From contig NC_086108.1 of NCBI RefSeq assembly GCF_963921235.1, positions 91,576,001-91,640,000 on the forward strand: DNA of 64,000 nucleotides, written 5' to 3'. The DNA comes from Mobula hypostoma. Lineage: Eukaryota. A model generated the notes under the pieces. It was not told the DNA's origin and did not search any database. It worked only from the letters and a program-made list of their open reading frames with translations. The position numbers were made by a program, and so were the translations under genes. Below, piece by piece: positions 50,055 to 63,940 of the stretch (position 1 is the first letter of the stretch; each line of letters opens with the position of its first letter).

Positions 50055-52128
50055 TCAGACAAGGTTTATATTGTGATACAAAAAGTATCATGTCTTTATC
50101 AGACAAGGTTTATATTGTGATACAAAAAGTATCATGTCTTTATCAGACAAGGTTTATATTGTGATACAAAAAGTATCATGTCTTTATCAGTCTGGTTTAT
50201 ATTGTGATACAAAAAGTATCATGTCTTTATCAGTCTGGTTTATATTGTGATACAAAAAGTATCATGTCTTTATCAGACAAGGTTTATATTGTGATACAAG
50301 AAGTATCCTGTCTTTATCAGACAAGGTTTATATTGTGATACAAGAAGTATCATGTCTTTATCAGACAAGGTTTATATTGTGATACAAGAAGTATCATGTC
50401 TTTATCAGACAAGGTTTATATTGTGATACAAGAAGTATCATGTCTTTATCAGACAAGGTTTATATTGTGATACAAGAAGTATCATGTCTTTATCAGACAA
50501 GGTTTATATTGTGATACGAAAAGTATCATGTCTTTATCAGACAAGGTTTATATTGTGATACGAAAAGTATCCTGTCTTTATCAGACAAGGTTTATATTGT
50601 GATACGAAAAGTATCATGTCTTTATCAGACAAGGTTTATATTGTGATACGAAAAGTATCATGTCTTTATCAGACAAGGTTTATATTGTGATACGAAAAGT
50701 ATCATGTCTTTATCAGTCTGGTTTATATTGTGATACAAAAAGTATCATGTCTTTATCAGACAAGGTTTATATTGTGATACAAAAAGTATCATGTCTTTAT
50801 CAGACAAGGTTTATATTGTGATACAAAAAGTATCATGTCTTTATCAGTCTGGTTTATATTGTGATACAAGAAGTATCATGTCTTTATCAGACAAGGTTTA
50901 TATTGTGATACAAAAAGTATCATGTCTTTATCAGACAAGGTTTATATTGTGATACAAAAAGTATCTTGTCTTTATCAGACAAGGTTTATATTGTGATACA
51001 AAAAGTATCATGTCTTTATCAGACAAGGTTTATATTGTGATACAAAAAGTATCATGTCTTTATCAGACAAGGTTTATATTGTGATACAAAAAGTATCATG
51101 TCTTTATCAGTCTGGTTTATATTGTGATACAAAAAGTATCATGTCTTTATCAGACAAGGTTTATATTGTGATACAAAAAGTATCATGTCTTTATCAGACA
51201 AGGTTTATATTGTGATACAAAAAGTATCATGTCTTTATCAGTCTGGTTTATATTGTGATACAAGAAGTATCATGTCTTTATCAGACAAGGTTTATATTGT
51301 GATACAAAAAGTATCATGTCTTTATCAGACAAGGTTTATATTGTGATACAAAAAGTATCTTGTCTTTATCAGACAAGGTTTATATTGTGATACAAAAAGT
51401 ATCATGTCTTTATCAGACAAGGTTTATATTGTGATACAAAAAGTATCATGTCTTTATCAGACAAGGTTTATATTGTGATACAAAAAGTATCATGTCTTTA
51501 TCAGTCTGGTTTATATTGTGATACAAGAAGTATCATGTCTTTATCAGACAAGGTTTATATTGTGATACAAGAAGTATCATGTCTTTATCAGACAAGGTTT
51601 ATATTGTGATACAAAAAGTATCATGTCTTTATCAGACAAGGTTTATATTGTGATACAAAAAGTATCATGTCTTTATCAGACAAGGTTTATATTGTGATAC
51701 AAAAAATATCATGTCTTTATCAGACAAGGTTTATATTGTGATACAAAAAGTATCACTTCTTTATCAGACAAGGTTTATATTGTGATACAAAAAGTATCAC
51801 GTCTTTATCAGACAAGGTTTATATTGTGATACAAAAAATATCATGTCTTTATCAGACAAGGTTTATATTGTGATACAAAAAATATCACGTCTTTATCAGA
51901 CAAGGTTTATATTGTGATACAAAAAGTATCATGTCTTTATCAGACAAGGTTTATATTGTGATACAAAAAGTATCACGTCTTTATCAGACAAGGTTTATAT
52001 TGTGATACAAAAAGTATCACGTCTTTATCAGACAAGGTTTATATTGTGATACAAAAAATATCATGTCTTTATCAGACAAGGTTTATATTGTGATACGAAA
52101 AGTATCATGTCTTTATCAGTCTGGTTTA
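50055..52128. repeat. Tandem satellite, ~47 copies of a 44-bp unit (TCAGACAAGGTTTATATTGTGATACAAAAAGTATCATGTCTTTA)
   Basis: Direct head-to-tail repeats with few variants (43-bp TCAGTCTGG variant; AAGAA/GAAAA loop variants) and no spacers. Confidence 0.98.
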
Positions 52129-54769
52129 AGATAGCACTGGTGAAGCACAGCAATGACTTGCTGGCAACAAACAAAACAATAAATTACTGTATTAATCACA
52201 TTTTTTCTTGGAAACGATCGCTGCAACCAATAGCCTGTGACTTCCCTTTCGGAGTTGAGCTTTTGAACTGCCTGTACGACCTGGTACTTTTGTGGTATGA
52301 ATTGAAGTCTCGAAGATGCAGGATGATTGCAGTGTGGTGGGTAAAGGGCTGAATTGAAGCCGTGGGACCCTGGCCCAAAAGCGGTGAATGAGCCAATGTT
52401 CAGCCATTGCTGGAGCTGATTTGGAGATGATTCGATGTGACAGAACTAAGACGAGGCAAGTGGAGGTAAGGCAAAGTTGAATCGGTGTTGCCTGGGCCCA
52501 AGAAGGAAGAGTGACTGCTCTTTGGCCAAAGGTTGGGTACGGGCCAAATTGAGGAGGCAGGGCCTGGGCCTGGGAGTGTATTGAAGCAGCAAAGATCTGG
52601 TCCAAGAGGAACAACCCAAGGTTTGACTGATTTAAGCGCTGGGCCAGATGGAGAAGGTCAAAGTGTTGGGGTCAAAGGAGAGGGATGGGCCTGTGTTCAG
52701 CTCGCTGCTCCTCAAGGGTGACTCATTTCTCTGCCAAACTGAGGCTATGTCTCCTAGATCAGCTGCAGTGATGGCTGGCTTCATGACTATGGACTCACTT
52801 CCAGTCTGAATGTTATTTGCTTACTTTTATTGTTTGCATGATTTAATTTTTCTGCACATTGGGTGTTTGACAGTCTTCTTTTTCAATGGGTTCTATTGGG
52901 TTGCAGCATCCGCAGATTTTCTCCTGTTTCTATTGACTCTCTGTTTTGCTCTACCACGATGTGCAAGTCAGAATGCAAATCTAACTTATACTTTTCATAT
53001 CTGACAAAGCTTAAGTACTTCTTGGGCATCCATAGGAATTAAGTGAGTATACAATCCGATCCAACCCAACCCACTGCTCATTATCTTAATTCTACTTCCT
53101 CAGCGGTCCCAAAAGATTAATAATCTAATTCCATTCTAAGCGTGGGACCCCAGAGCTTTTCACGGATGGGGCTGGAGATGCCAAACAAGGCAAGTGATGT
53201 GCATTTCTTCCACTAGTGTTGCAGGGTGCATGGATGAGGTAATACAATCCTGAAGGCCATTTCTTCACTTTGAGACAATAATGGTGACAATCCTAGACTG
53301 AATAATTGTGGTGAAATGGGATCAAGGACAGGATCACAATAGTGGACACATTCTGAATGTTCTTTATAGCACGTGTTCACTGCTTCTCTGTACTTTATAA
53401 ATTCAACTGTTTCTTTGGCTCGCAGTGGAGTGGAGCCTTGGGTATTTGAACTGGAGAGGGGCTGAAAACACGTCACTGATATCAGTGAATTGCCTCACCT
53501 TCGGCAGCCATTATTAGTTCTTTAGGAGAAGGGATTTCTCCTGCATCTTTACCTTCAAATGTAGATTCAGATTTATTTATTACAGGTACTTTGAAACATA
53601 CAGTGATATTTACATGAACAATCAACACAGCCAAGGATGTGCTGGGGCAGCCCTTAAGTCTCACCACACAGTCCGGTGCTGATATGGCACGCCTACAATG
53701 CTCGGCAGAACATTGAGCTTGACTATAGTGCTGTTACTTTTCACTGGTTGAATGGTGGAATTTCCACAGCAGGAAATGCTTATGGTTAATTAGATCCTCG
53801 ACCTCTTGTTTTTTTTTCTCATCAGACCAGTGCTGATCTACCTTGGTATAGAAGCCAAAAACATCTTCACAGGTATCAATTATGGCAGGCTGCAGGCCAT
53901 CCCATGCACCATGTATACCCCACAATTCTAGTTGCTGGGAGATGATAGATTATTTATGTGATGCTTTTGAAAAAGACCTGTCTTTGTGTGCTCTTTGAAA
54001 CCTTTGACATGGATCTTCCTGTGATAATGTTTTTACTGGTGCTGGTTTTTGGGGACATGTTGTGGAGATAAAAAGTGGATGAGGCAGCAGTCAACTGAGG
54101 AGTCATTGTTACCTGTCATGAAACAAGCAGTGTTCATACCTTTGTAGCTGCTGGCTTGGATGGTTGGGCCTTTGTTGGGGTTAAAATCTATAGAGAACAT
54201 TGACTTCAGCAACTATCCTTCAGATCTGAATATGGATTGTAGATTAAATTTAAAATGCAGCTCAGAACAGTAAAATGCAACACAGATAGACTAGGAAGCA
54301 GACACTTCACCGATTGTCTAGATATGCATGAATCTAATCGATATCCTATTGCATGAATACAACAATAATTAACACTTATTTTGGGTGTGTTGATGGGAAG
54401 ACCCAGGAATTTGAACTGTTACATATAAATCAAATGAAGCATTATGAGGGTATTGTAACTATAGAAATTGTCCTTTTACTTTTGTTCTTTAAACCTGGAT
54501 CTGGGCTGTACCCTCCAAATATCCGGACCTGCATCTTGGTTTTTTTGCACTACCTTACTTTCCATTTTTCTATTTTCTATTTATGATTTATAATTTAAAT
54601 TTTTAATATTTACTATCGATTTGTAATTCAGGGAGCGGGAAGCGCAGAATCAAATATTGCTATGGTGATTGTACATTCTAGTATCAATTGTTTGGCAACA
54701 ATAAAGTATTGTTGCCATTTTTATATATGGGCTGTAATGTTGGACTGGTGAGTCTCTCTCTGTCTCTGT

Positions 54770-55200
54770 CTCTCTGTCAGCTATTTGTGAGGGAGCGTAC
54801 CAAGTAAAACATATCTACCAGCTACGTTTCTCTGGTGACTTTGTTCACATTACAACATTTGGTGCCTCGACCGGGTTTATCCTCTTATGAACCATTTTGT
54901 GGCCAGTGATCTCAGCAGTCTAAGTGAGTGAATATTTTTAAAATGAGCGCTCACATTTGGACCTGTTCGGGTTGGTGGCTACGGGATTGCGAGGTATCAC
55001 GAACGCGGCAGAGGGCTGAACTGGTAGATATAAAAGTAGTGTGGTGTGTGTGTTTATGTGAGAGACTAAGCTGTGTGTGTTAATTTGGTGAGGCAGGGCT
55101 ACTATTTGCATAAGGTGGTTATTGAAGGTTCGGGACGTCAGTGGAAGCTTGTATACTCGTTCTGGGAACTATATTTTGGTGGTCATGTTTGTGAGTCAAT
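54770..55200 (+). mobile_element. LTR 3' end + primer-binding site + leader remnant (ERV/Gypsy-like)
   Basis: AGTAAA...TTACAACA (ends 54857)-TT-TGGTGCCTCGACCGGG (54860-54875), a tRNA-complementary PBS-like sequence. Donor-like AAGTGAGT at ~54922. Confidence 0.5.
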
Positions 55201-55974
55201 GATGGTATAACCCAATAGGTGTCATTACTTGTCATCATAAGCACATATACTTGTCCCTCTCACCAACATGTACATTATGACAATATTGTCCTCCAAGCAT
55301 TTTGCCAGAAGGACCCCGCTGGAGTAGGTCTTCCTTAATTTTTCTTTGCCAATCATGCCTTGCCAGAAGGTTGCATTACTTCCATACTCATGTTAAAATT
55401 GTTTAGGAAGAAAAGCTTGTCTCCTTCTGTGATGCCAACCAATATCTTCCCTACCACCCACCACAAGAAGATTGGAGTAGAAGTCCTCCTTGCCCTCATC
55501 TGTATATTGATAAGCTGTTTCTTATGACTGTAATATGTAGGTTCTATATTTGATAAGCAGAAGGAATTCATCTTTCTAGGGGGTGCTGCTAGGATACCAG
55601 ACTAGTTCATTCTCCATGAAGATGACATTTCTTTTCTGTTGCCTTTCCAGAAGATGGTGCACCCACTATTTTGTTGTTTAAGCTGATGATCTCCTACCTT
55701 TTATTTCTCACTCAGAGCAGCAATGTTGACATCGAAACATCTGAATATGTTAAGATGCCAAACCATAGATAAACAATATGCCTGGAAAGCAAAAATCAGC
55801 AGATTCTGGAAATCTGAAATAAATTAATTGATACACTCGAAAGGTCAATCAGCATCTGTAGAAAGAAATTGGAGTTACCTATTTTAGGCAAAGTCCAAAT
55901 TAACTTCTGGCTGTTTATTATTGTCTGGTCAGCAATGAATAATTTGGATTGGAAAATTATCAATAGTTATCAAT

Positions 55975-56603
55975 AGTTAACTTGCAGGTTGAGTTGGTGG
56001 TGAGGAAACCAAATGTAATTCATGCTGAGGCTTTGTAAAGCACTGCTGAAGCTTCACCTTGAATTTTGTGAACAGTTTTGGGCTCCTCATCTAAGAAAAG
56101 ATGTGCTGGCATTGGAAATATCCAGAGGTGGTTCACAAACATGATTCTGGGAGTGAAAGGGTTATCATACGAGGAACTTATAATGGATCTGAGTCTGTAC
56201 TTGCTGGAATTTAGAAGGATGAGGGGGGATCTTTGAGTGTTGAAAGGCCTAGACAGAGTAGAGGTGGAAAGGATGTCTCCCATGGTGGGAGGGTCCAGGA
56301 CAAGAGGGCACAGCCTCAGGATAGAGGGGTGTCCATTTAAAACAGAGATGTGAGGACATTTCTTTAGCCAGGGGGTGGTGAATTTGTGGAATTTATTACC
56401 ACAGGCAGTTATGGAGGCCAGATCGTTGGGTGTATTTAAGGCAGAGCTTGATAGGTTCTTGACTGGACACAGCATCAAAGGTTACAGGGAGAAGGCCAGG
56501 GAATGGGGTTGAGGAGGGGAAAAAAGGATCAGCCATGGTTGAATGGTGGAGCAGACTCAATGGGCCAAATGGCCTAATTCTGCTCCTATATCTTATGGTC
56601 TTA
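55975..56603 (+). mobile_element. CR1 3' fragment
   Basis: Degenerate FWAPHLRKDV...RTRGHSL...VVNLWNLLPQ and a CR1 3' UTR ending TCTTATGGTCTTAT. Confidence 0.85.
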
Positions 56604-57666
56604 TCGTCTCCGGTATATGGAGGGCACCCTTAAAAAGTGGAATAAACGTAATGCAGGAATGGTTTGACAGCTGGTTTGTCCTTGTTACAGCTGATCACTT
56701 ACCTCATAAAGTTCAAAACATTTCTTGTTTTTTCCTCAGAACAGAAAACAATTTAAATTGGCAGTGCATTTGTTTACAGCATGCATTTAATGTGAAAAGG
56801 AGCATGTTTAAAGGAGACGTGTATGGGAAGTTTTTTAAAAATACACAGGGAGTGGCAGGTGCCTGGAATGGCTGAAGGGATATAGTTTAAGTTAGCATCA
56901 CGCTTGGCGCGGACATAGTGGGCCAAAGAGCCTATTAATATGCTGTACCTTCTACGTTCAACACTCTATGTAAGTAGTTCAATGGGAAAACTTGACGCAT
57001 TTTTATTTTATAAATTATATTTGGGGTACGATTTTTTAAAATTTTAGTTCTGTTCAGGATGTTATTTTTCTTGTTGTCATTGTTTGATAAGATCATGTAT
57101 TTTTGATGACTAAAATCAAACTCCAGGCAAATACATCAACTTTCAATTTCTATCATAAAAGGCAATTATATCGGAAATGAAAACAATAATACCCATACAT
57201 CTGCAGTCATTCATCGCTGCCTGTATTTTCACTATTAATGTTCCCAAGTTATTCAGTCATATCATTGATCAGAATATTTTATTACATATCCACAAAGAAA
57301 TGTGATTGGTCAATATCTGCATTTGGAAAGCTGCATTCTTTAAAGCAATATATGGCTTGACATTATAAAATACGTTGCCAATGTAGTGTTTAATATGTGG
57401 AAAAAAATAGAAAATGCCTTTTCCAACTAGATCCTTGGGAGGTGTTTTCTTTTAATACAAATTAAAGCTTTACAAAAAAACATCAGGCATTCCTTATGCA
57501 TAAATATATCTGGGGAAGATTTTAGCTCATATTTCTTGTCCTGAATATTTTATTTTTTAGCTGTTGAGGTGAAGTGTGGATGCTGTTTACATTTGTGTGA
57601 ATTCTCTTAAGCAACTTAATGTTTTCAGATATAGAATGCAGAGTGTTAAAGATGTACTTCTTTGAC

Positions 57667-57876
57667 AATACACACAAAATGCTGGAGGAACTCAGGAGGT
57701 CAGACAGAATCTGTGGGAAAGAGTTAACAGTCGAAGTTTCGGGTCTAGACCCTTCTCAGTTCTGAAGGATCTCGGCCTGAAACATCGACTATTTACTTTT
57801 TTCCATAGGTGCAACCTGACTTACTGAATTCCTCTAGCATTTGGATTTCCAGCATCTGCAGATTTTCTCATTTTTG
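57667..57876. mobile_element. Degenerate palindromic Penelope-tail element
   Basis: CACACAAAATGCTGGAGGAACTCAG...GTCGAAGTTTCGGG / GGCCTGAAACATCGACT...GAATTCCTCTAGCAT plus tail GCATCTGCAGATTTTCTC. Confidence 0.65.
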
Positions 57877-58367
57877 GATGACTTTGATTTACAAGGAACA
57901 TGTCTTGTTTATGGAGCAGACTACAACTGTGAACATAAGACAGGTGTTGGTTAAAGCTGCAACAATGCTCCACAGATCTCACACTCTATGGGTTTATGCA
58001 CGCCATCACTTCCAACAGGCAAACAGTTTGTATTTCTAATATTGACAGGCTGTAATTTCCCTACATATTTGAAAAGCTTTGCTTTTGTTCCTCGCTTACT
58101 GCACTGAATTCCTGTATTTCCAGCTATCTTGTAACTTGCTTATTGATTTCAGAATTTTTTTTCTCTCAGTGAGACTAGCTCATTGAATCTTAACTAAGAC
58201 GTAAAAATACCTGGAATACTGAACTATTTTGTAAATTGTGTATCATCTATTGATGACTGTTACCTGATGTGCTCAATGAACTATTTTATTGAAAATAAAT
58301 TATGTCCTTCATCTATGTCACGTTAGAGTGGAAGGATGAAAACAGATGGTTCCTAAGCCTATCGTTC

Positions 58368-58830
58368 TGTTGGACCCTGATGCTTCTGTGATCCAAAGAT
58401 TCCTTTGGAAGTTAAGAATGAGGCATTAAATGTTGCGTACAATCGTTTTATTAAGTGTTTGAAGGGCAAAGAGCAGAAGGGAAAAATAAGTATGATAAGA
58501 AACAAAGGGAAAAGAGAGGAGACAAGGGGAAAAGAGCAGAGAAAGAAAGAGCCACAGGAAAAATAGAGCAAACATAGGTGGTTTGGCCTTCATATACCAG
58601 ACCACTGGTTCCATTGAAATTCCAACAGCCAACAGTTAACCAATTAAATAATCAGATTCATGTAGTGTGACAACCGCAACCGGAAACAAAAAATTTCCAG
58701 AAAAATAGAGTCAACTGAAAAACTCACTGAACATTCACATGTATACAGGTGATTATATACTAACACAAACAAGCACAGGAATGTTAAACTGCAAGAAAAA
58801 TAACAAATATATATATTCCACAATCCAACT
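58368..58830 (-). mobile_element. Solo LTR (463 bp), same family as 24014-25597
   Basis: TGTTGGA...TCCAAC(T) termini, 4-bp TSD GTTC (58364-58367, 58831-58834). The first ~90 bp are homologous to 24014-24105. Confidence 0.7.
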
Positions 58831-59969
58831 GTTCCACAGTTTCCCCTGCCAAGACCACGATTTCGTGATTGTTTTTTGAGATGAAAATTGTACAAAAGGT
58901 AATGGATTCAGCTCAGAACATCATGGGTAAAGGCCTCCCCACCATTGAGTACATCTACATGAAACATTGCCATAGAAAAGCAGTGTCCATCATCAAATAT
59001 CCTCACCACCCAAGTCAAGCTCTTTTCTCACTGTTGCCATCAGGAATAAGACACACGTGCACCTCAGGGCTCGCACCACCAGGTTCAAGAACAGTTACTA
59101 CCCCTCAACCATCAGGCTCTTGAACAAAAGTGGATAAATACACTCATTTTCTTTTTAATGTTCCCACAACTGATGGTCTCACTTTAAAGACTCTTTATCT
59201 TGTACTTGCACGCTCTGATTATTTATTGCTATTTATTTATATTTGCATAGTTTGTTGTTCACTGATCCTGTTTACAGTTACTGTTCCATGCATTTGCTAA
59301 GTAAGCTCACAAGAAAAAGAAAGTAGTGACGTATATGTACTCTGTTAATAAATTTTACTTTGAACTTTGTTTTTGATTTGAAATCTAATAATTTTCAGGC
59401 TATGTTTCATTGTTAAATTTCTCCTGTGCCACTGAACAACTACAATCTGAATACTTAGAAACTCTGATAAAATGTTTAATTATGCAAATCTGCAATGGTT
59501 TCTGGCAGCTTGCTATTCTTGGTGCAAAACAACTTCTTGTCTAGTCATCTTTAGGCAGTATTCCTGCAATCATGCAGCTGTTCTATTTACTGAAATACTG
59601 CCAACACTAACTTACAATTAGAGGGCCATTGATTAAGACAATTCAGATTATGCACACTTCTGAAATACTGTTTTCTACACTTACACTGTAAAATACCTAA
59701 TGGGGATTGACTAGGAACGAATTTATCATCATGAATATTACAGCAATGGCTACAGGTTTGTAAATTATACATTCTTCATCATTGTGTGACAGCTATTAAT
59801 TCTTTCCATGTAATATATGCTTCTGAGCAAACAGATCTTATTCTGTATATTTACCATTATTGACATCTTTAGAAAAGCTTGAAGGATTGCTCAGTAAATT
59901 GCTTGCAACATATCCATGGCTTATAAATAATTCTGTATGTTTAAAGGTTCAAATAATCACCTTCAGTGT

Positions 59970-60272
59970 TGGCGCGTGGCCAAGTGGTTAAGGCATTCGT
60001 CTAGTGATTTGAAGGTTGCTAGTCGGAGCCTTAGCTGAGGCAGCGCGTGTGTCCTTGAGCAAAACACTTAACCACACTTAGCTCTGCGACGACACTGGTG
60101 CCAAGCTGTATGGGTCCTACTGCCCTAACCTTGGACAACATCGGCGGCATGGAGAAGGGGGACTTGCAGCATGGGCAACTGCTGGTCTTCCATACAACCT
60201 TGCCCAGGCCTGCGCCCTGGAAACCTTCCAAGGTGCAAATCTATGGTCTCATGAGACTAACGGATGCCTATA
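59970..60272 (+). mobile_element. tRNA-derived SINE of a second family
   Basis: tRNA-like head GGCGCGTGGCCAAGTGGTTAAGGC, then GTGTCCTTGAGCAAAACACTTAACC core. No tRNA 3' acceptor stem. Confidence 0.7.
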
Positions 60273-60724
60273 AATTACCTTTCATATTTTAGTTTGTGAT
60301 AAGGATATTCCTTTAGTAAATTGGGAGACTGCTTAGTTGAACATGTCTGCTCCACCCGCCAAAAGTAGAACTTCCCAGTGGCCAAATATTTTAATTCTGA
60401 TTCTCATTCCTGTTCTGACATATTGGTCCATGGCCTCATGTGCCAAGATGAGACCACCAGGTTGGAGGAGCAACACCCTATATTCTGTCTGTGAAGTCTC
60501 CAACCTGATGGCATGAATATCAATTTCTCATTCTGTTAAAAAAATACCTTCCTGACTCTTTACTTTTGGCTCCTCACCTGGCTATCACTTTCCCCTGGGA
60601 TCTCCTGCTTCCCTTTCCCCTATGGTCCACTCTCCCCTCCTATCAGATTTCTTTATCTCCAGCCCTTGACCTTTCCCACTCACCTGGCCTCACCTGTCAC
60701 CTTCCAGCTAACATCCTTCCTCTC

Positions 60725-61181
60725 TGTAACTGCGCCGGTCCAATGAAATAATGGCCACACAACATACAGATGTCCTTGAAGATTTATTTTTATTTTTCTC
60801 TCTTTCTCTTTCTTCAGTAGACACCGTGAAAACTACAAGAAAATAGAAGTCATAAAAGGTTTGAAACATACATCTCTCAGTCTTTTAAAGTCTCTCAAGC
60901 TAGTGTCCACCAATAAACAGGCCCAAACACGTTAGCACATCAGAAGTGTGCTGAAATCAAATAAATCACTAAAAATGTATCACACTATTCATATAAAGGC
61001 ACCTCAACAACATTATATAAAACAAATTTTTAAAAAAAAGCAATTACCGTGTGCGCCTCTTGGACCACATGCTGAATGAGGTTATTTTAGGGCCATGTGT
61101 CTTTCTCTACTTCCATGTTGGTTCTGACCCATAATACCACAGTCATGCCTTTATTGAACTCTGGTCATGTGACCCATTACA
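60725..61181 (-). mobile_element. Probable solo LTR interrupting an old Penelope 3' fragment (~60345-60724 and ~61290-61450)
   Basis: TGTAA...TTACA termini, flanks CTCTC / CTCTA, reverse AATAAA near 60783. Penelope GIY-YIG and terminal-repeat remnants on either side. Confidence 0.5.
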
Positions 61182-63528
61182 CTCTACATTAAATAAAACC
61201 TTACATAAAATATTTTAAGGTGATAAATTAATCATGAATTTATGACAAAAACATATAAGCTAAACATCTCAATGAACCATGTCCCTGAAACAGTTACTCT
61301 CTCGCTCCACCTTTTTATTCTGGTGTCTTTCCCATTTCTTCTTCAAGGAAGGTCTCAGCCCAAAATGACATTTCCCTTGATGGAGCCTGACCTGTTGAGT
61401 TCTTCCGGCATTTTGTGTGTGTTTCTTTGGATTTCCAACATCTTCAGACCTTATCATGTTTATAATTTTTTGTGTGTTTAAATCATGAAGTTTTCACCTC
61501 TCATATACTAACTTGTGATAAAGATATTCCTTTAGTGTTTCCTAGCTCACGCTTCTAATTATTACCGAACTACTATCGCTAGGAATAGTCAGTAGTATTA
61601 CAGGAAAACAGTTAATTGGCTAAGTGTCAGAAAAGTAAAAATAAAAGCATGTTTATACATTAGAACAGAAAATAAGCTTGTGTCACATGAATAACATGTT
61701 CAATTTAACACTTTCTCCAGTTAGAATAAAATCTTGACTAACACTGTAGAAATGAATGCAACGCAGCAATTTAATCATTCACTTTTAAATATCATGCTTA
61801 CTGCATAACTTGCAACATTTTATTTATTTATTCATTTATTTATTGAGATACAGCTTGGAACAGACCCTTCCAGCCCTTCAAGCTGCGCCGTCCAGTAATC
61901 ACCCTAGCCTAATCATAGGACAACTTACAATGACAAATTGACATGCCATAATGTTGTACAAAAGTGTACTTCTCTGTCAGAAGGGAAACTGCAACTCCAT
62001 TCCTTTATGTTGCCGTCATATGCACTAAGAGAGCTATCATTCACATGACACAAATCTTAAAGTACTACTATCCCAATAATAAAAGTGACACTTGTGTTTC
62101 TTTCTAATTCCCTCACATCCTTAATCAATTTTCTTCACCGTCTGTAGTATGTGTTATGCTTAATGCCTTGTGTGCAATGGGATTTTGCTGCTGGAGGGTC
62201 TCCCTATCAGCACTGGTTTAATAATTTTTGGTAATGAAAGAGCTTGAAACTAAGTTATTCTCCGTATTCAACTCAATAGTCTTTTTGAAACTGATTCCAA
62301 AGGTAAATAAATTGGTTATTTATTTCACTGCTATTTGGCAATAAATTGCAAAGTAACTGCCACATTTATCTGCAGGTCATATGTAAATACATTTCAGTAC
62401 AATTTGGTGCATGTTTGTACTCTAGAATATCCAGGCATATGTGATAGCTTTGTTTAAAGTATTTATTTTACCATCATCAGCTGTGATGAAGCTTCATATC
62501 ATTCCCATATAATGATGTTTTTCATTGATGGGAATATTGATTTGTTTAAATACTCAAATATTTCTAAATTAAAACAATATGAAAAGTTTATGCCTCAGTT
62601 CAAACACTGCAAGAACATTTCAGTGAATGGATATCCCACACAGACAACATTTAAGAAGCTTAACACCATCCAAGACGAAGCACTACTTGATCAGTATGAT
62701 ATCCTGGTCCTAAATATTCACTTGTCCATTAGGTCTTACTGATTACCATTTTCTTTGTTTTTTCCCCTTTACTTTTTATGAACTTATAAACCATTTTCCA
62801 CTTCCATTGATTTTACTTGCCCATATTTTTACATGCATTTCTTTGCTTTCCTAATTTCTCCTTTAGTTTCAGACCTGCAAATCCTAAATTTTACAAGTAT
62901 TCTACTGTGTTGATCTCAGGTTATCAGACATAAGCTTCCTTATTCTACACTCTAGTCATCCAAAGGAATCTAGGTTCCTTGAAGGGCCAGGAACACCGAA
63001 GAAATGTCACTTTCCCCAAACAGCAAGACTGATCAACACCTCCACCCACAAACCCACCCCTCCAAACCCCTACCACCACTACTTTATCATTTCCTGTCAG
63101 AGTCAACTTACATACAGACACTCCTGTGCCTAGCATCACTTTATGAACATAAAATCAACCTATGTATATGAACTATGTATTTGAATTTCTATCACCAAGT
63201 TTCTGCCTTCTATTCAAGTGTTAGTTTTCTCCCTTCTGAATCGATCCTCAGCTCCCCACCAGACTGCGAAGCTATTTTTACTAGCAGCACACACAACCTT
63301 TCCTGAGGGCACGGAGAATGCGTCTGTATAAGGCCAGGACCTATTTATCTTGTAAAGATCCAACCTTATCTAGAACTGGTCTCAATGTCCTGGGAAACTA
63401 AACCTCCCCTCCAACCCAACATTCAGGAATATTATTATATCTCTATATTCACAGGCTGCTGGCATTATATTGAATCTGGAATCACTACCTTGGAGACCAC
63501 ACTTTCATTTCATTCCTAACTCCTTAAA

Positions 63529-63940
63529 CTTCTCCGTGGATTGTCACCTTGTAGTGGTGGAGAAGCTTGTGTGGTCTTGAGATCCTGAGAGCGATGCCGT
63601 CTGGAGCTAAGCTCCTGGTAGGGTCACCCTTGGTGGTAAGGTCGAGGGTGAGGCCCCCAACAAAGAACAATCCAACCAAGCCCTCAACGGTGGAACAGGC
63701 GGATGAAGTTACTTTGAACTCAATGGCTGTGAAGGCGGATGAAGGCTGCAACAAATCCGTCGGCTCCAATCGTCGTGGTTTCCATGCCATTGGAATCAGT
63801 TGGTTGATTTGTGAAGTATTGTGTGCTTCTTGGAGTGCAGCATCAAGAACACGTTAAACAAATACACGCACAGGCATTTTTGCTCTATACAGAACGAAGA
63901 TCATCAACCTCGACCTCGAAGGATAGCCACGACGATGACG
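63529..63940 (+). mobile_element. 412-bp non-autonomous RTE-derived retroposon (RTE-like 5' UTR + (GAC/GAT)n tail)
   Basis: Perfect 11-bp TSD AACTCCTTAAA (63518-63528, 63941-63951). 5' end resembles RTE/BovB/Expander 5' UTRs. Tail CACGACGATGACG. Confidence 0.8.

Noticed and set aside
50055..52128. CRISPR-like array of palindromic repeats
   Set aside because: Units are head-to-tail with no unique spacers, there are no cas genes, and the context is eukaryotic.
55210..55700. Possible minus-strand RTE ORF remnant
   Set aside because: Only vague resemblance (RKMNSFCL; GKEKLRK). Too decayed to support by eye.
59970..60045. tRNA gene
   Set aside because: B-box/T-arm is degenerate, there is no acceptor stem or terminator, and it continues into a SINE body.
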